64,000 nt of DNA from NCBI GenBank assembly GCA_964106645.2, contig OZ067039.1. One strand, 5' to 3'. Position 1 is the first letter of the stretch, and the number at the start of each line of letters is the position of its first letter. The notes beneath the pieces are model-generated. The model had not been told where the DNA came from, made no database searches, and saw nothing but the letters and a program-made list of their open reading frames with translations. A program made the position numbers and the translations under genes. The stretch is from Podarcis pityusensis (Eukaryota). Of the stretch, positions 11,251 to 24,567 are shown piece by piece.

Positions 11251-13379
11251 CAAATCATAAAAAATATCCCATTTTGGTTGCCCACTTGTGTAGTCTGGAA
11301 CGCATCATAGTGTCACACCCTCCTTTGTGTGAAATGTCCAGGTCACATTTAGAAAGTAAAGGAATATGGAGAGATAACAGTTAATACATAATATATAAAG
11401 GGTATGAAGTCCATGTGTGTATTTAGGTCAAAATCCAAAGGTTTCTGAGATAATATTACAGACAGGTATCATAGATTGGTTCAAGCCGCAGTTCTGTTGA
11501 GCTGTAGGTAAAATAGCAAAATCCTATAAGCTGAAATACTACGCAGCCACACCTGTACAAGTGTCTTTGAAATCAACAGAATTTTGTTGGGCAGAGCTAT
11601 GGATAAGATTCCAGGTTTAAGCCGGATGGGCTATTTGCATGGCTGAATTTTTCTCAAAATTTCTTTTTCAGAGTAGCCCCAGTTAAACATGGAAGTGACT
11701 CTTCAAAATGTGTGTGGATTTGGCATGAGAAGCATTTTTAAAGGGGAAACTGAAGGAAAAGAAAATTTCCACTGTAAAACATCTTGCAGCACATCTTATT
11801 GATTTTGCTGGGACAGCATCAAAGGGGGGTGGGTCTTTTTTGGATTCAACTCCCCAAAAGGAAAGGCAGTGCACACACATTTGGGGCATTTGTACTTGCT
11901 TATATCACTAATATTCAAAAGTTCAGAAGTTCAACGTCTGTTGTGTTTACGGTGTAGGAAAGGAATCAGTCTGTGAGTTTGAAGTGTGCCTATAAAACAT
12001 ATCTAGTGCTTTCCCAATTTCCCACCCACCCATTGGGAAAAAATATGTATGCTAATTTTAGATGAAAGCATAGTCTTTACTATAGGGAATTTTTGATGCT
12101 TAGAATGTTACTGCCTATTATGCAAGACAAGGTGGTTCTCTCTCCCTATATAAGAATCATGTGCTTCCACTAGAAGTGTCATATTAATTTTTAAAATATT
12201 TTTGTGGTTTATGAATACTGAGTGTATTGTAATGATCACCTCATTTTAAATTTGAAAGTGTGCAGGAAAAACAAACAAACCATGTACTGATAAGACTGGA
12301 TCATTTCCCTCCCATAAATCCCATCATTGAAAAGGTTTCTTTGATACCTTATGTCTTGGGGTGAGTGCTAGGTACATGGACGCACATAAATGGCTACTCA
12401 ATTCCAGCCAGCTATGCCAGAGTTAAATTTTGTTAACTCTTTGGAAGTGAAGCCAGAGAGCCTTTTCCAAATGGTTAAGCAAAGCCAGATGCTTCTTATG
12501 GCATCAACGAGTTAACAAGAAACTGCACAGTGGCACAATTAATTATGAGGCAGAAACAGGAAATCTTCTTATATATTAATTCCACAAATCAAATCAAAAT
12601 CTACCAACATCCAAATCAGGTCAGCTATTTATCTAGTCGTGCTCATGTAAACTGAAAACTTAATGAAACCTGTCATGTCCTATGTTTTCTTGGTAAGACA
12701 ATTCTCCAAAAAAGCAAGCGTCCCTTGGGGATCGTATCACTTTTTACATATTCATTTCCTGATAGCTCACCTATCATATCATATCATATCATATCACACA
12801 GGGTGAGCTGTTGTCTGCACACAATTCAGACCTAAAACTGTATAATGCATGGTGTACAGAAAGCTTTAGCTGTGTAGGTAGAGCAGTTGGCCCTCCTGAC
12901 TGGGAGAGGTGGGGGAGGGTGAGAGAGAAAGCCATTCCTCATTTGCATATGTCTGTCTGCTTTAAAAAAGGCAAATGAAAAAGCATTGTTGATGATAATG
13001 TCAAAAAAGAGGAAACCACGGACAGGCACTTGCCTCAGCCATCTTGTTGTGAGAAAACATCTGCACAACCCAGAAATATCAACATTGTCTTATACACAAA
13101 CACCATTAACATGTGCCCTTGTGTAATTCCTATCAATTTCAACAAACATTCCTGTAGGATTGTGTCCAGCAGATTCCGTGTGTTTTCAAACAGACTTTCA
13201 CAATGGAGGGCTCAATAACTTCCAAGAGCAATATTGTTTCTATTTCATGAGCTCTCCTGAGGAAGCGACACATGTTGTCTTACAGCCATGTCAGGCGTCA
13301 CATCCAGCATCCTTGGGCCATTGCCAGGCCCCAAAATAGATGCCTGCCCTGTGCCCTCCTTCTCCAAAATTCATTTGAG

Positions 13380-14690
13380 CAATTTATTTATTCCTTTATA
13401 TAAAAAAATCTGTATATTGCAATTTCATTAAGAAATATAAAGCAGTTTACAACAATTTAAACACAATCAAGAAAATCACAAAGTGAAAAGAGCAAAGCTA
13501 ATATAGAAGGCACCTGCTGAACCTCTATGGGAACAGCATTCCACAGGATTGGGCCAAGAACCCTGACCACTCAGTTTTGTACTGGTGTTAAATGAGCCTC
13601 AGGAGACAACCAGCAACACAGATGATCTCTGCTGGTTTCAAGCAGCCCCTAAGGTACTCTAGCCCAGGGGTCAACAACCTTTTTCAGCCGTGGGCCGTTC
13701 CACCATCTCTCAGACCATGTGGTGGCCAGACTATATTGGGGGGGGGGATGAACAAATTCCTATGCCCCACAAATAACCCAGAGATGCATTTTAAATAAAA
13801 GGACACATTCTACTCATGTAAAAACACGCTGATTCCCGGACCGTCTGTGGGCCAGATTGAGAACGTGATTGGGCCGCATCTGGCTCCCAGGCCTTAGGTT
13901 GCCTACCCCTGCTCTAGACTGAAGTTGTGCAGGTTTTTGTACATTAATACAAGGTCCTTGAACCCAGCTACAGTAAGTAGCAGATGGGCAACCAGTGGAG
14001 ATGTTTTAACAACGGTGTCGCTTGTAGCAAGCTTTGTGCCACGGGCAGACTTTGGTAATCTTTTTTAATATGGCGCCCTGTGCAAAGCCAAAATTTGGCA
14101 CCCCAGAATGGATCTTCTCAGTTATGGATGTTCTCAATTTTGAGCCCCCTCGGCTTGGTGCCTTGAGTAGGGGGAAAGTTTGCACTGCCATAAATCCAGG
14201 GCTGCTGGTGCCCCCTTATCAGAAGTCTGGCTGCTGCATTCTGCACAAGCTGGTGCTTCTGGAGCAAGCCTAAGGGGAGCCCCACTGTAATCCAGCCTTG
14301 AGGTTATTTATTTATCTTGTTTATTTCGTAAAATTTATATAGTTTGCTTGTAAAACTCCCAAAGTGGTTTACAAAAAGAATAAAGCAATAACATTTTACC
14401 AGTGCATGGACTAGAGCGCTCAGGCTATCTATATCCAGTGATGGTTGTAGCTGGTGAATCAGATGTAGCTGGTAAAAGACGCTATTAGCCACAGAGGACA
14501 TTTGGACCTCCAGCAACAAAGATGTACTCCCAAGTTACGCATCTGGTCCTTCAGAGAGAATGCCACTTCATCCAGAACAGGTAACTTGCCTATTGCCTAA
14601 ACATAGGAACTACCTACGCCAACAACCTCTGTCTTCCCAGGATACAAACATCGTTTAATGTACCTCATCCTATCCACCACTGCATTCAGA
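13380..14690 (-). mobile_element. Old, fragmented L2-clade LINE interrupted by MITEs
   Basis: Residual RT C-terminal peptide VFYQLHLIHQLQPSLDIDSLSALVHALV (ORF 14304-14519) homologous to the L2 at ~20500-20700; boundaries approximate. Confidence 0.7.
13665..13911 (+). mobile_element. hAT (Charlie-like) MITE, copy 1
   Basis: TIRs CAGGGGTCAACAACCT / AGGTTGCCTACCCCTG; 8-bp TSD ctctagcc / ctctagac (NTCTAGAN-type target); same family as 61483-61732. Confidence 0.92.
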
Positions 14691-15215
14691 CAGGGCATTG
14701 CAGGAAACAGAAATGACAGCAAGCTACCTGGTCCTCAGGAGTGGCTGGTGCTGTGAGGCAGCACTGTGCTGCCACCCTTCCAAGCAGTGGCACTGGTATC
14801 ACTTGCTGGAACAGTGAAGGAATGGGTGGCAGTAAGGTCAAGGCAGAGCCACATTGGGCGTTCCCATTAGTGCACCCACATAGCCCCAATCTCACTGCTG
14901 CACTGCCCCAGTAATCAGCAGCAATGCCACTGCCAGGAGAGTGGGGACACAGCACCACCCCGTTGTGCTGGCTGCTCCTGCTGGTACTTATGGGAATATT
15001 ACTGCTGCCCACCAGTCACTAGTTAAGCTCCTTGTTACATGGAAGAGTAATTTATACAGAATCATTGGTTGGACTTTGGGTTCTTTGACTATGGTTTGGT
15101 TCGCACTGCAAGCACATTACTTGCACATCTCTGCACTTGATCACAGGTGATGGATGACTGCAACTGATTCAGTGGGAAGAAAGCATAACATTGCATTTGA
15201 AGTGATGTGACATCA

Positions 15216-15563
15216 GCCTCAGCCCAGTATACCTGAAGGAGCATCTCCACCCCCATCGTTCAGCCCAGACACTGAGGTCCAACTCGGAGGGCCTTCTGGT
15301 GGTTCCCTCACTGCGAGAGGTGAGGTTACAGGGAACCAGGCAGAGGGCCTTCTCAGTGGAGCCCCCCCCCCCCCGCAGTGGAACACCCTCCCATCAGATG
15401 TCAAGGAAATAAACAACTATCTGACTTTTAGAAGACATTTGAAGGTAGCCCTCTTTAGGGAAGTTTTTAATGTCTGATTTTTTATTGTATTTTTTTATAT
15501 TTTGTTGGAAGCCAACCAGAGTGACTGGGGAAACCCAGCCAGATGGGCGGGGTATAAATAATA
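15216..15563 (+). mobile_element. L2-clade LINE 3' fragment
   Basis: Encodes PVYLKEHLHPHRSAQTLRS..LQGTRQRAFS; ends GGGGAAACCCAGCCAGATGGGCGGGGTATAAATAATA; followed by (CAT)n at 15570-15608. Confidence 0.9.
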
Positions 15564-18131
15564 CACCCTCATCATCATTATCATCATCATCATCATCATC
15601 ATCATCATGAAAAATCAGTCTGCAAGATTTAGAATCATCCATTCAAGCATGGAAGTCATCACCTGGTGTTGCATGTGTGAACCTGTTCTCTGACTTGGGG
15701 ATACACAGAACAAAGCTTTATTTGACATTATGTTCTGCCCTACTTCAACCCAGTTAAACACCACACTGGAAAACTGACACATTCCCCTCCCCCCCACACC
15801 TTCAAGTCATTTCTTTGACTTTGAACAAATGCTTTAAAATGTTTTGCTGGACTCTGTCTTACAGCCCAAAGTGGCTGCATTCTGCAATTCATCAGACTCT
15901 TATTAAGATAAGGGAACCTTTCTCTGTGGATCCTTCTTCTTCCTCTCATTGAAACCTGCTTTATTGTGTCCCCACTGAGCAAAAGGGTTTTCAATCAGTG
16001 ATTTGTGGCTTGAGGATGCGACCAGCTCTGTCCTTTCCCAGTTATTTTAGCAGCCCATGGGGAAGTGAGGGTGTCAAGATTAGATAAATCGGAATTCTTC
16101 CTCCAGCCTATCTGATCTCTGCTTGGGTTACAACTAACATCCTATTGAAACAAGGTTAACAATGAGTTGTGGAGCAAGCAGCTCTCTGTGAGGGAGGATA
16201 AAGTACATCATGATAGACTGTGTTAGTTTTGCTTCTCAGGCAAGTGACAGAATTTATGACTGGAGAAGATAAGGATATATCAGTTGCTCGTGGAAGACAA
16301 AACAGCTTTTCCACACACACAAAATGAAGAAAACGTTCTGATGACTTAGGATGCAAGTGAGGAAGTAGGAAGAAAAGCTGGACAAGCTCCAGCATCATTT
16401 TGTAACTAACATGATCAAGCAAAGTGACCCTTGGTTTGTGATGGAATTCCACCACCACTCCTCCCAGGTTTTGACATGCAGCACAGCCTCCCACTTCCAG
16501 AATGAGTAAGAGTTAGCTGTTTCTATTTTCAGGCTTAATTACGTCTCTGCCATGCCCACAAGCATTTATGGAAAGCAAGAGAGCGAGACATACTCAGAAA
16601 CCCAAGGAGGAAATTTTAATTGATACAAAGGCAGCCAAAATTGATTCTGGTTGGCACGCAATGTGCGGAACTCATCATGCAAACCTTGGGCCGCCTCAGG
16701 CTTGGATTTAAAGCTTCGAGGTATCATTGAAAAAGGTGGGTGCTCTGGCCAAATAGCTATTTTGAGGGCTTTGCAACAGCTCCCTTGTTAGCTTCAAGAA
16801 TGCTCTGGCTCCTGCTATGGCCAGCCTACATCCCTATTCTGGTTCTTAAAGGCTGCAGTCTGCAAAAGGGAGTTATGTCAGATCATATGATAAGGAGCTG
16901 GCTGCACCTTTTGGTCAGTTTCCACCCCTGAACCCATGTTCCTTATCTTTCGCTTAGCCTGTATTGAACAAAGTGTTGGACTAAAGGAACCTTCAACCAC
17001 CAAGTTCTAACACAACCTATATGTTCACAAATGTTAGTTTTAAAAGCCTGAGTTGCCATGCCTACATAAGTCATAGGAAGAACCTTTCCCACTATTAGAT
17101 TTTAAAAAAATTATTATCAGTATCCACCTCTTGGCTTGTTTCTACCTGTTTTTTTGTTTTGTTTTTTGGAAAGTTTTCAATTATGAATCTCCCATTTATT
17201 TACCCCCAGGAGAGAGCAAGCAACCCATCCTGTTTGTATTTGCATCAATGCAGTCTATCCAACTGTAGATTATTACTGATTTCCCCCCTCTAGATGAAAA
17301 CAGAATTCTCCACAGGATCTTAGATACACAGAAACCTTCACACCCACCCTGTCCCCAATGCATCATCTGCCATGCTACACAGATTCCTCTACCTAAAACA
17401 CCATAATTGCTAATCCCCTTTGGGGTGGGGTGGGGGGACGGACAGGCTTCTAAGTAGAGAGAAATAAAATAAATGAAATGAAGGCGATCTCTGATTACCA
17501 TACATGAGCTGGCCTCCTTCTCTCTCCTCCCTCCCCTTTCACAGACATCCCCCTGCAACAATGCAAGAGACCGGAAAGGAGAGCAAGCACCCACCCTCTC
17601 CTTTTCAGGCCTAAAGAAATCACACTCCATTTCAAGAGCCCTGGTTGCCTAGTTCTCTTTGGGCCTAAGCACATTGTTCTGGAAGAAGGCGTTTGCAGTT
17701 CAAATGCCCGGAGCTCAGTAAACCAATAAACTTAAGTCACAAGAGAATCCTGAAGAAGTTGAGCCACTTGCGCAAATAAGAAGCCCCCCTCCTCCTCCTC
17801 CCCACTCCTCCTTTCCCCCCTTTTTGCTGGGAGTTGCAGAGCAGCCACTAGACAAGAGAACGAGAGAGCACTTGTGGGGCTGAGAGCTTTTCACTCAATG
17901 AAGTCCAAACAAACATATCCACCCCCCTCCCTTTTAGGTGATGCCTTTCTGCAAACACACTGAATGTCCACACAGAAGGGAGGGTGCAAATTTACTTAGG
18001 GAGCCAGACCTTGCTCCCTTTTCCCTACCTGCCTTCTGCATAATGTTGACCCAAGATATTTTGATGCAAAAGAGTGGCCTTCTACATGGCGCCCACAGTA
18101 GAGCTGAATGAACCAGGGCTGTTGTTTAGTT

Positions 18132-18266
18132 CAGGCTTAGGCAAACTCGGCCTTCCAGATGTTTTGGGACTACAACTCCCATGATCCGTAGCTAACAGGA
18201 CCAGTGGTCAGGTATGATGGGAATTGTAGTCCAAAACATCTGGAGGGCTGAGTCTGCCTATGCCTG
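18132..18266. mobile_element. Palindromic hAT MITE (URR1-like)
   Basis: TIRs CAGGCTTAGGCAAACTC / GAGTCTGCCTATGCCTG; internal arms CCAGATGTTTTGGGACTACAACTCCCAT / ATGGGAATTGTAGTCCAAAACATCTGG; 8-bp TSD gtttagtt / gtttaatt. Confidence 0.88.
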
Positions 18267-19995
18267 GTTTAATTCATTGGCTGCTGGTTTTAAAATGAGG
18301 ACTTTAAATCACAGTTGTTCCCTATATAATTTTTGATGACACTCTTGACTTAGTCACTGCCTTTAAACTGCCTTGCATTAATCATTTAGTCAAGCAAAAT
18401 TATTTCAAAGTGCTTGAAAAATAATCACCTATGTTAAATATAAAGTCATTATTTTTAGACTAACTGTGTTATGGGAAAGTCGTTATTTTTGCCAGGTTCT
18501 TTTGTACAGGATTGTTGTGAGGTGAAAATACTTCTCTTTGGAGGAAGGCTGGGTACAAAATAGGCAAACTCAACAAGCGTCTAACTCTTATGGTGACAGC
18601 TCAGATTCTTCTCCCCTTGTAGAACCACACAATCTACCAGTCTGCCATGGCACATGGGTGTGTGATAAATCATGAATTTATCTGTTTCATAAAACTATAC
18701 TCTACCCAATGCAATGCAAAGATTCAAAAATACTTTTTGTCGTGACAAAACTTTTCAGTTTGGTTCTGGGGGGATGAATCCCCTTTTTATTAAAGATTTA
18801 CAGTCACCCCATATAAATTCATCTGTTCAATCAGCAGAAAAACCTGATCTATTGGGCTGGAAAAATTAAAGGCTGGTGATTGAAGGCCACATTGCTCACA
18901 TATCATAAGCCATAGTAGAAAATCCAGTGTGCTTGAAAACACATGGATTTATCTTAGTTCAAGCTGATATAGTTGTAGCTGGCCAGGCAATCAGGAATCC
19001 CTAAAGCTTGTTGCTTTGAGTTTTGATTAGTTTTACATGATCTGTTTGTTTCCAGTCTGGAATGTCAAAGGTAGATTACAATTATTATTATTATTACAAT
19101 ATCACAAATTTATACTACTGGCAACAGAAATTCACCCGCCTTCACAATAGCACAGTGATCTGTTAAGGCTTCCACTAGGACAAACTTATGGTATGTTTAG
19201 GAAGTGCAAATGTATCATTCTTTATCTTTTTTAAAATGGATAATTTTTCTCCCCACACTCCAGCCTAGAACTGATGACTTTTCTTAATTGAAGTGTTAAA
19301 AAAAACACCAGAAAATAGCCCCCAAAGCTACAGCTAGGCAGAGGAACGGCACAATTTGTGTTGGCTTCTTTGCAAACACAAAAGTTAAACTACAAAAGAA
19401 AACATGGTCTAGCAAGAGCTTTGAAGGAGAAAGGCAGTTCACATGCTCTTCTGAATGCATCTCCAATAGCTGAGTTGTTAAGACATTCAGCACCATTAAT
19501 GGGTAATGTACTGTCAGGCTCCATTGTAGCCTACCCTTTAATCCCAGGCCTGTCAGATTTGAAGGGAAACTAAAGAAGAGACAGTAGTGCAGCAAATGGA
19601 TTTCCATTGTGTACTCCCTTTTCCTCCACCCTCCTTTAGCAGAAAGAATAAGTTCCTTCCTAAAGGAAACTCTGTCCCACATTAGCCAACCCTCTTCCCC
19701 ACCCCCCACCTCTACAAGGCCTGGCTCAGTGGGAAATTTGTTAATGTGTGGTTACAAAAATCTTGGTGTCTTCCCTTGCAAACAGGAGGCGCAAGAATAA
19801 AAACATGGCATCTGCAGCTCCAAAATTTGATCCCAGGCACATGGGCCAACCCTATGACAAAAATGTGGAGGAAATTAGATGGCGCCACAACTCAGGTGAA
19901 GCTGCCCTCAGACGTAAAAGATTTATCAGTATATTTGCTAGACAACACAGAATGCTCATCATATTTGACATGGTTCTGCTCCTTCACATAATCCT

Positions 19996-20920
19996 TAATA
20001 ATAATAATTATAATTATAATTATAATTTATTATTATACCCCGCCCATCTGGCTGGGTTTCCCCAGCCACTCTGGGCGGCTTCCAAGAAACACTAAAATAC
20101 AGTAACCTATTAAACATTAAAAGCTTCCCTAAACAGGGCTGCCTTTAGATGTCTTCTAAAAGTTTGGTAGTTATTTTTCTCTTTGACATCTGGTGGGAGG
20201 GCGTTCCACAGGGCGGGTGCCACTACCGAGAAGGCCCTCTGCCTGGTTCCCTGTAACTTGGCTTCTCACATCGAGGGAACCATCAGAAGGCCCTCGGCAC
20301 TGGACCTCAGTGTCCGGGCAGAACGATGGAGGTGGAGACGCTCCTTCAGGTATACTGGACCTAGGCCGTTTATGGCTTTAAAGGTCAGCACCAACACTTT
20401 GAATTGTGCTCGGAAACGTATTGGGAGCCAGTGTAGGTCTTTCAAGACTGGTGTTATATGGTCTCGGCGGCCGCTCCCAGTCACCAGTCTAGCTGCCGCA
20501 TTCTGGATTAGTTGTAGTTTCTGAGTTCAAAGGTAGCCCCACATAGAGCGCATTGCAGTAGTCCAAGCGAGAGATAACGAGAGCATGTACCACTCTGGTG
20601 AGACAGTCCGCAGGCAGGTAGGGTCTCAGCCTGCCTACCAGGTGGAGTTGGTAGACAGCTGCCCTGGACACGGATTTGACAGCTGTGAGTCCAGAATGAC
20701 TACCAGGCTGCACATCTGGTCCTTCAGGGGCACAGTTATCCCATTCAGGACCAGGGAGTCCTCCACACCTGCTCGCCTCCTGTCCCCTAAAAACAGTACT
20801 TCTGTCTTGTCAGGATTCAACCTCAATCTGTTAGCTGCCATCCATCCTCCAACCGCCTCCAGACACTCACACAAGGACCTTCACCGCCTTCACTGGTTCC
20901 GATTTGAAAGAGAGGTAGAG
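19996..20920 (-). mobile_element. L2-clade LINE, 5'-truncated, with RT C-terminal pseudogene
   Basis: Peptides CLEAVGGWMAANRLRLNPDKTEVL, VVHALVISRLDYCNALYVGLP, HITPVLKDLHWLPIRFRAQFKVLVLTFKA with frameshifts; (TTA)n tail. Confidence 0.95.
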
Positions 20921-21077
20921 AACCAAACTCTTGTATTAGAGTTATTAGAGCCACTGGGAAACTTCTATTGCAGCTGTTTCAACTGCCATCATCCTTCAAG
21001 GTCCTTAGCCAGTGTGTGTGCAAACGCTGCCCCCCCCCAATACAAAAACACCCTCCTGCTTCTTTTCATTTGATTAT

Positions 21078-21152
21078 TCATAGAATCATAATGTTGTAGA
21101 GTTGGAAGGGACCACAAGGGTCATCTAGTCCAACCCCCTACAATTCAGGAAT
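21078..21152 (-). mobile_element. CR1 LINE extreme 3' end
   Basis: TCATAGAATCATA..GAGTTGGAAGGGACC..GGTCATCTAGTCCAACCCC (reverse complement of the CR1 terminal stem-loop plus ATTCTATG repeat); similar ends at ~39604-39685 and ~50919-51015. Confidence 0.85.
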
Positions 21153-21899
21153 AGGAATGTAATAAATAATCACCATATCATCTTATAAATATAAAATATT
21201 CATAATTTTATTGATTAGCTTTTTACAAAAAAAATCATATATTGCTTTTCCCTCTCCACAGAGCAGTTACTCAAACTGAAGAGCAAATAAAGAGGAAGCA
21301 TGTTTCTTACATTAGAACATAAATTACCATACTAAAAACAGCAGCAAAGAGTCAGCACTGCAAAGAGTCAGCACTAACAATAAATACTTAAACTTTACAG
21401 CAATTTTAGCACACCCTATCTTGAGTACTTGTGGCTGGTTGTTCACCACATCAGCATAAAATTTAAAAAATACAAAACTGTTTATTGTTAACTATTGTTT
21501 TAAATATTGAATAGTAAGATTAAGTATTCTCTGTTGACACTGCCACCGCTCATAGTTCTATAGAGAAACCCCACTTCCCTAGAAAATCCTCACCTCTTGA
21601 ATGACTCTCCATATTTCTTACCTAGAGGAGTGCTTCCACTCTCTGTAAGTCACAATCTTCCCTTCCCTTCACTAAGGCTTTTCAGCTTTCTCCAAAACAC
21701 ATCCCTCTCACATTCCCTAATATCTACAGTACCCAAATACATCATCGCCTTTACATTATTCATGGCATCAGCCCACCCTTCAACTGTCTTTGTATATTTC
21801 CTAGGTCTAGGACAAGGATATACTAATGCAGAACCCCCAACAAATGTTCAGGACAGTCTTGTGAGGTGGAGGAGCTATATAGCAATAATTGTGCTTGAG

Positions 21900-22268
21900 C
21901 TAAACGGCCTCGGTCCAGTATATCTGAAGGAGCGTCTCCACCTCCATCGTTCTGCCCGGACACTGAGGTCTAGTGCCAAGGGCCTTCTGGCGGTTCCCTC
22001 ACTGCGAGAAGCCAAGTTACAGGGAACCAGGCAGAGGGCCTTTTCGGTAGTGGCACCTGCCCTGTGGAACGCCCTCCCACCAGGTGTCAAAGAGAAAAAC
22101 AACTACCAGACTTTTAGAAGACATCTGAAGGCAGCCCTGTTTGGGGAGCTTTTAATGTTTGTTGTATTACATTATTTTAATATTTTTGGAAGCTGCCCAG
22201 AGTGGCTGGGGAAGCCCAGCCAGATGGGCGGGGTATAAATAATAAAATTATTATTATTATTATTATTA
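21900..22268 (+). mobile_element. L2-clade LINE 3' fragment
   Basis: LNGLGPVYLKERLHLHRSARTLRSS..GTRQRAFSVVAPALWNALP..FRRHLKAALF; (TTA)n tail. Confidence 0.95.
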
Positions 22269-22822
22269 GCTTGATTTCTTTATTTCTTTCTCATCAGTGT
22301 GATGGGTGTTGATGGGTGGGTTGAGGAAAACAACCTAGAAACTTTTCAAATCATGGGATTAGACAAGAGTTATAGGCCATGAAGGCAAACATGTCTTGTT
22401 CCCAAGAAACCAGCCCCCCACTTTTGGCATGGATTTTTGTTCTTCTTCAAAGCGGTGCAGTTTATAATCTGATAATGCTGCACTCGCATCGATTCCCATA
22501 TATTGTAACTGCAGGTGACCTTTGGCAAAGACAAGACAGAAGAAGCACAGTGTGTTGTATACCTGGCAGGTCAGATGTGTGGCTATGGATGCCTCAGAAA
22601 TGTCCTGCTATTTACAGTGTGAGGAGGAAGTGTGTTCGTTCAAGGTGTACCCTGGTCATTCCTGCCAAGAATGACATATTAGTTAATAAAAAGGGGGATT
22701 AAGTCATCAGGATTCATGGATGGAGAAGTAGTGGGAGAGTGAGCAATTTTCACAGGATATTGGATCATTCATCCCTCCATTTTTCTAGCCTGGGAAGATC
22801 TGCTTTTTAAAAATACAATTGG

Positions 22823-22827
<5 letters not shown>

Positions 22828-22862
<35 letters not shown>
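22828..22862. repeat. (TG)n microsatellite
   Basis: Direct inspection. Confidence 0.95.
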
Positions 22863-22863
<1 letters not shown>

Positions 22864-24567
22864 AATCTTTAAAGATAAACATCTATGGCAGCAGAAAGAG
22901 GGGTAGGAGAGGGGACTAGGGAGTCTAGGGAAAAAAGAGTCTATTTCACAGCATTTTTGAAAGCTCTAGACAAATAAGAATGCAAGGGGAAGAAAAGACA
23001 AGCCTTTCTTCACAGTAGGGATCCTGATCTTTGCTTGGCCCTCAGCTCCTCAAGGCTGACGTGGGCCTAGAACTTCTCAGAAGTATAGAAAAGAAAGCTT
23101 CTCTTCTTTTGTTTTGTTTTGCTTTGTTTTGCTTTAAGGGACCAGACAGATACTGAAGGGGTTAAAATGCAAATTCCTTAATTTCCCCTTTTTTAGGGTA
23201 GAGGGATCAAGGTTTGCTGATTTCTTCCTCCTTTCCCCCACTCCGTCCTCCCCACCCTAGTTTTGTTTAGGACGGGACAGTAGATGGAAGGGAGGTCTTT
23301 GTGTGGGGCTTTCAGTACTCTGAAAAGGACTGAGCAATCCCAATGGAGGGAACAAACTTTTGGAGGTCAGTTTGGTCAGCTTAGAATAAATGTGTTGCAT
23401 TGTTTGTATTAAGGGTAGGCTCTCAGCAGGGAGCCCTGGAGCCACTGCACACAACACCGGGGACTATTTATTCAACACTGAAATATAAGGACTCTGCTAG
23501 CAAGGAAAACATAAACTGCCACAGTAAAGAGGAACGTCTTTTGCCCCTGGGGAGGTACAAAACCCCTTCATATTTATAGTTCCTACATAAATATAAATGC
23601 TTGCGCTTGCCCGGTGACACATCTTCATAAAGAATCATTATAACTGAAACTTTTGTGCCTTTTTTTTAAAAAAAGGACAATCCCTTGCACCACAGATAAA
23701 GAGAGATCAAGTCATTAAAGGGTCTAAGAGAGAAACAGTTTATTTTTGCAGTGTTTGAAAACAGGCCTTTGTTTCCATGGCAAACATACAGGCCCCTCTT
23801 GGTTTGTCTCCACCAAACAAGTGTCACAGGCCCCAGGGGGTCCCAGGGGGTGAGCAGGGGGTGTCAGTGAGAAAGGAATGCGGCTTTGGGCGCCTGAAGG
23901 CTGGAGACAGGCAAACATGAAATCAAACTGGAAAAGGGACACAAAAGGCGTGAAAGTTACCGCCACACTGGCACTGGCTTCCCCACAGCTACATACGATA
24001 ATAGGCGCCCCCAAGTATGTGAGCAGGGTGAGGAAGGAGCCATTCTCAATGTCTCACGCATGAGGAGACTTTTCGCTGGGATCCTGACTGCCAAAAGATC
24101 TTTCTCTGTCTGCACAAGGTTCTGTGCGTGTGTGTCCATCTATGTGGTGCATTTTAGAGGTGATTTCATTTTACGTCATCTCTTGTGTCTGAACACTCAT
24201 TTATTCAGCAAAGCTTCTTGGAGGGCAAAGTGCTTCATCATCTGTATGTCATTCATCACTGCAGCAATCCTGTGAGGTAGGTCTGGAGGATTATTCTCTC
24301 CCCCCCCCCCAATATTTTCCTCCCTTCTCATCTCCCCCTCCTCTACCCCGGGCACCATTTTACATAAGGAAAGAAGAGTTTGAATGGAAGAACCTGCTTC
24401 CACCTTGTAGCACTAGCCTTACAAAATTGTTAATTCATTTAGGAAGGTTGTTTTTGGTGGTAGTCGATGTAAGAAACGAACAAATGATACTTTTTGGTAC
24501 CCTTCATATCTCATTCCAAACATATATTTAGTGTATAATAAAACTCTCTTTCGAAACAAAATAAAAA

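Noticed and set aside
16533-16735. Possible coding exon between ttttcag and gtgggt
   Set aside because: Stops in all three frames; at most non-coding or enhancer sequence
19805-19995. Kozak-like ATG with peptide MASAAPKFDP..
   Set aside because: Superficial resemblance to the RPL12 N-terminus does not extend; the frame runs into an L2 tail
21597-22238. Longest ORF in the window (213 aa)
   Set aside because: Chance open frame running into an L2 3' fragment; only the C-terminal half has homology, to a TE
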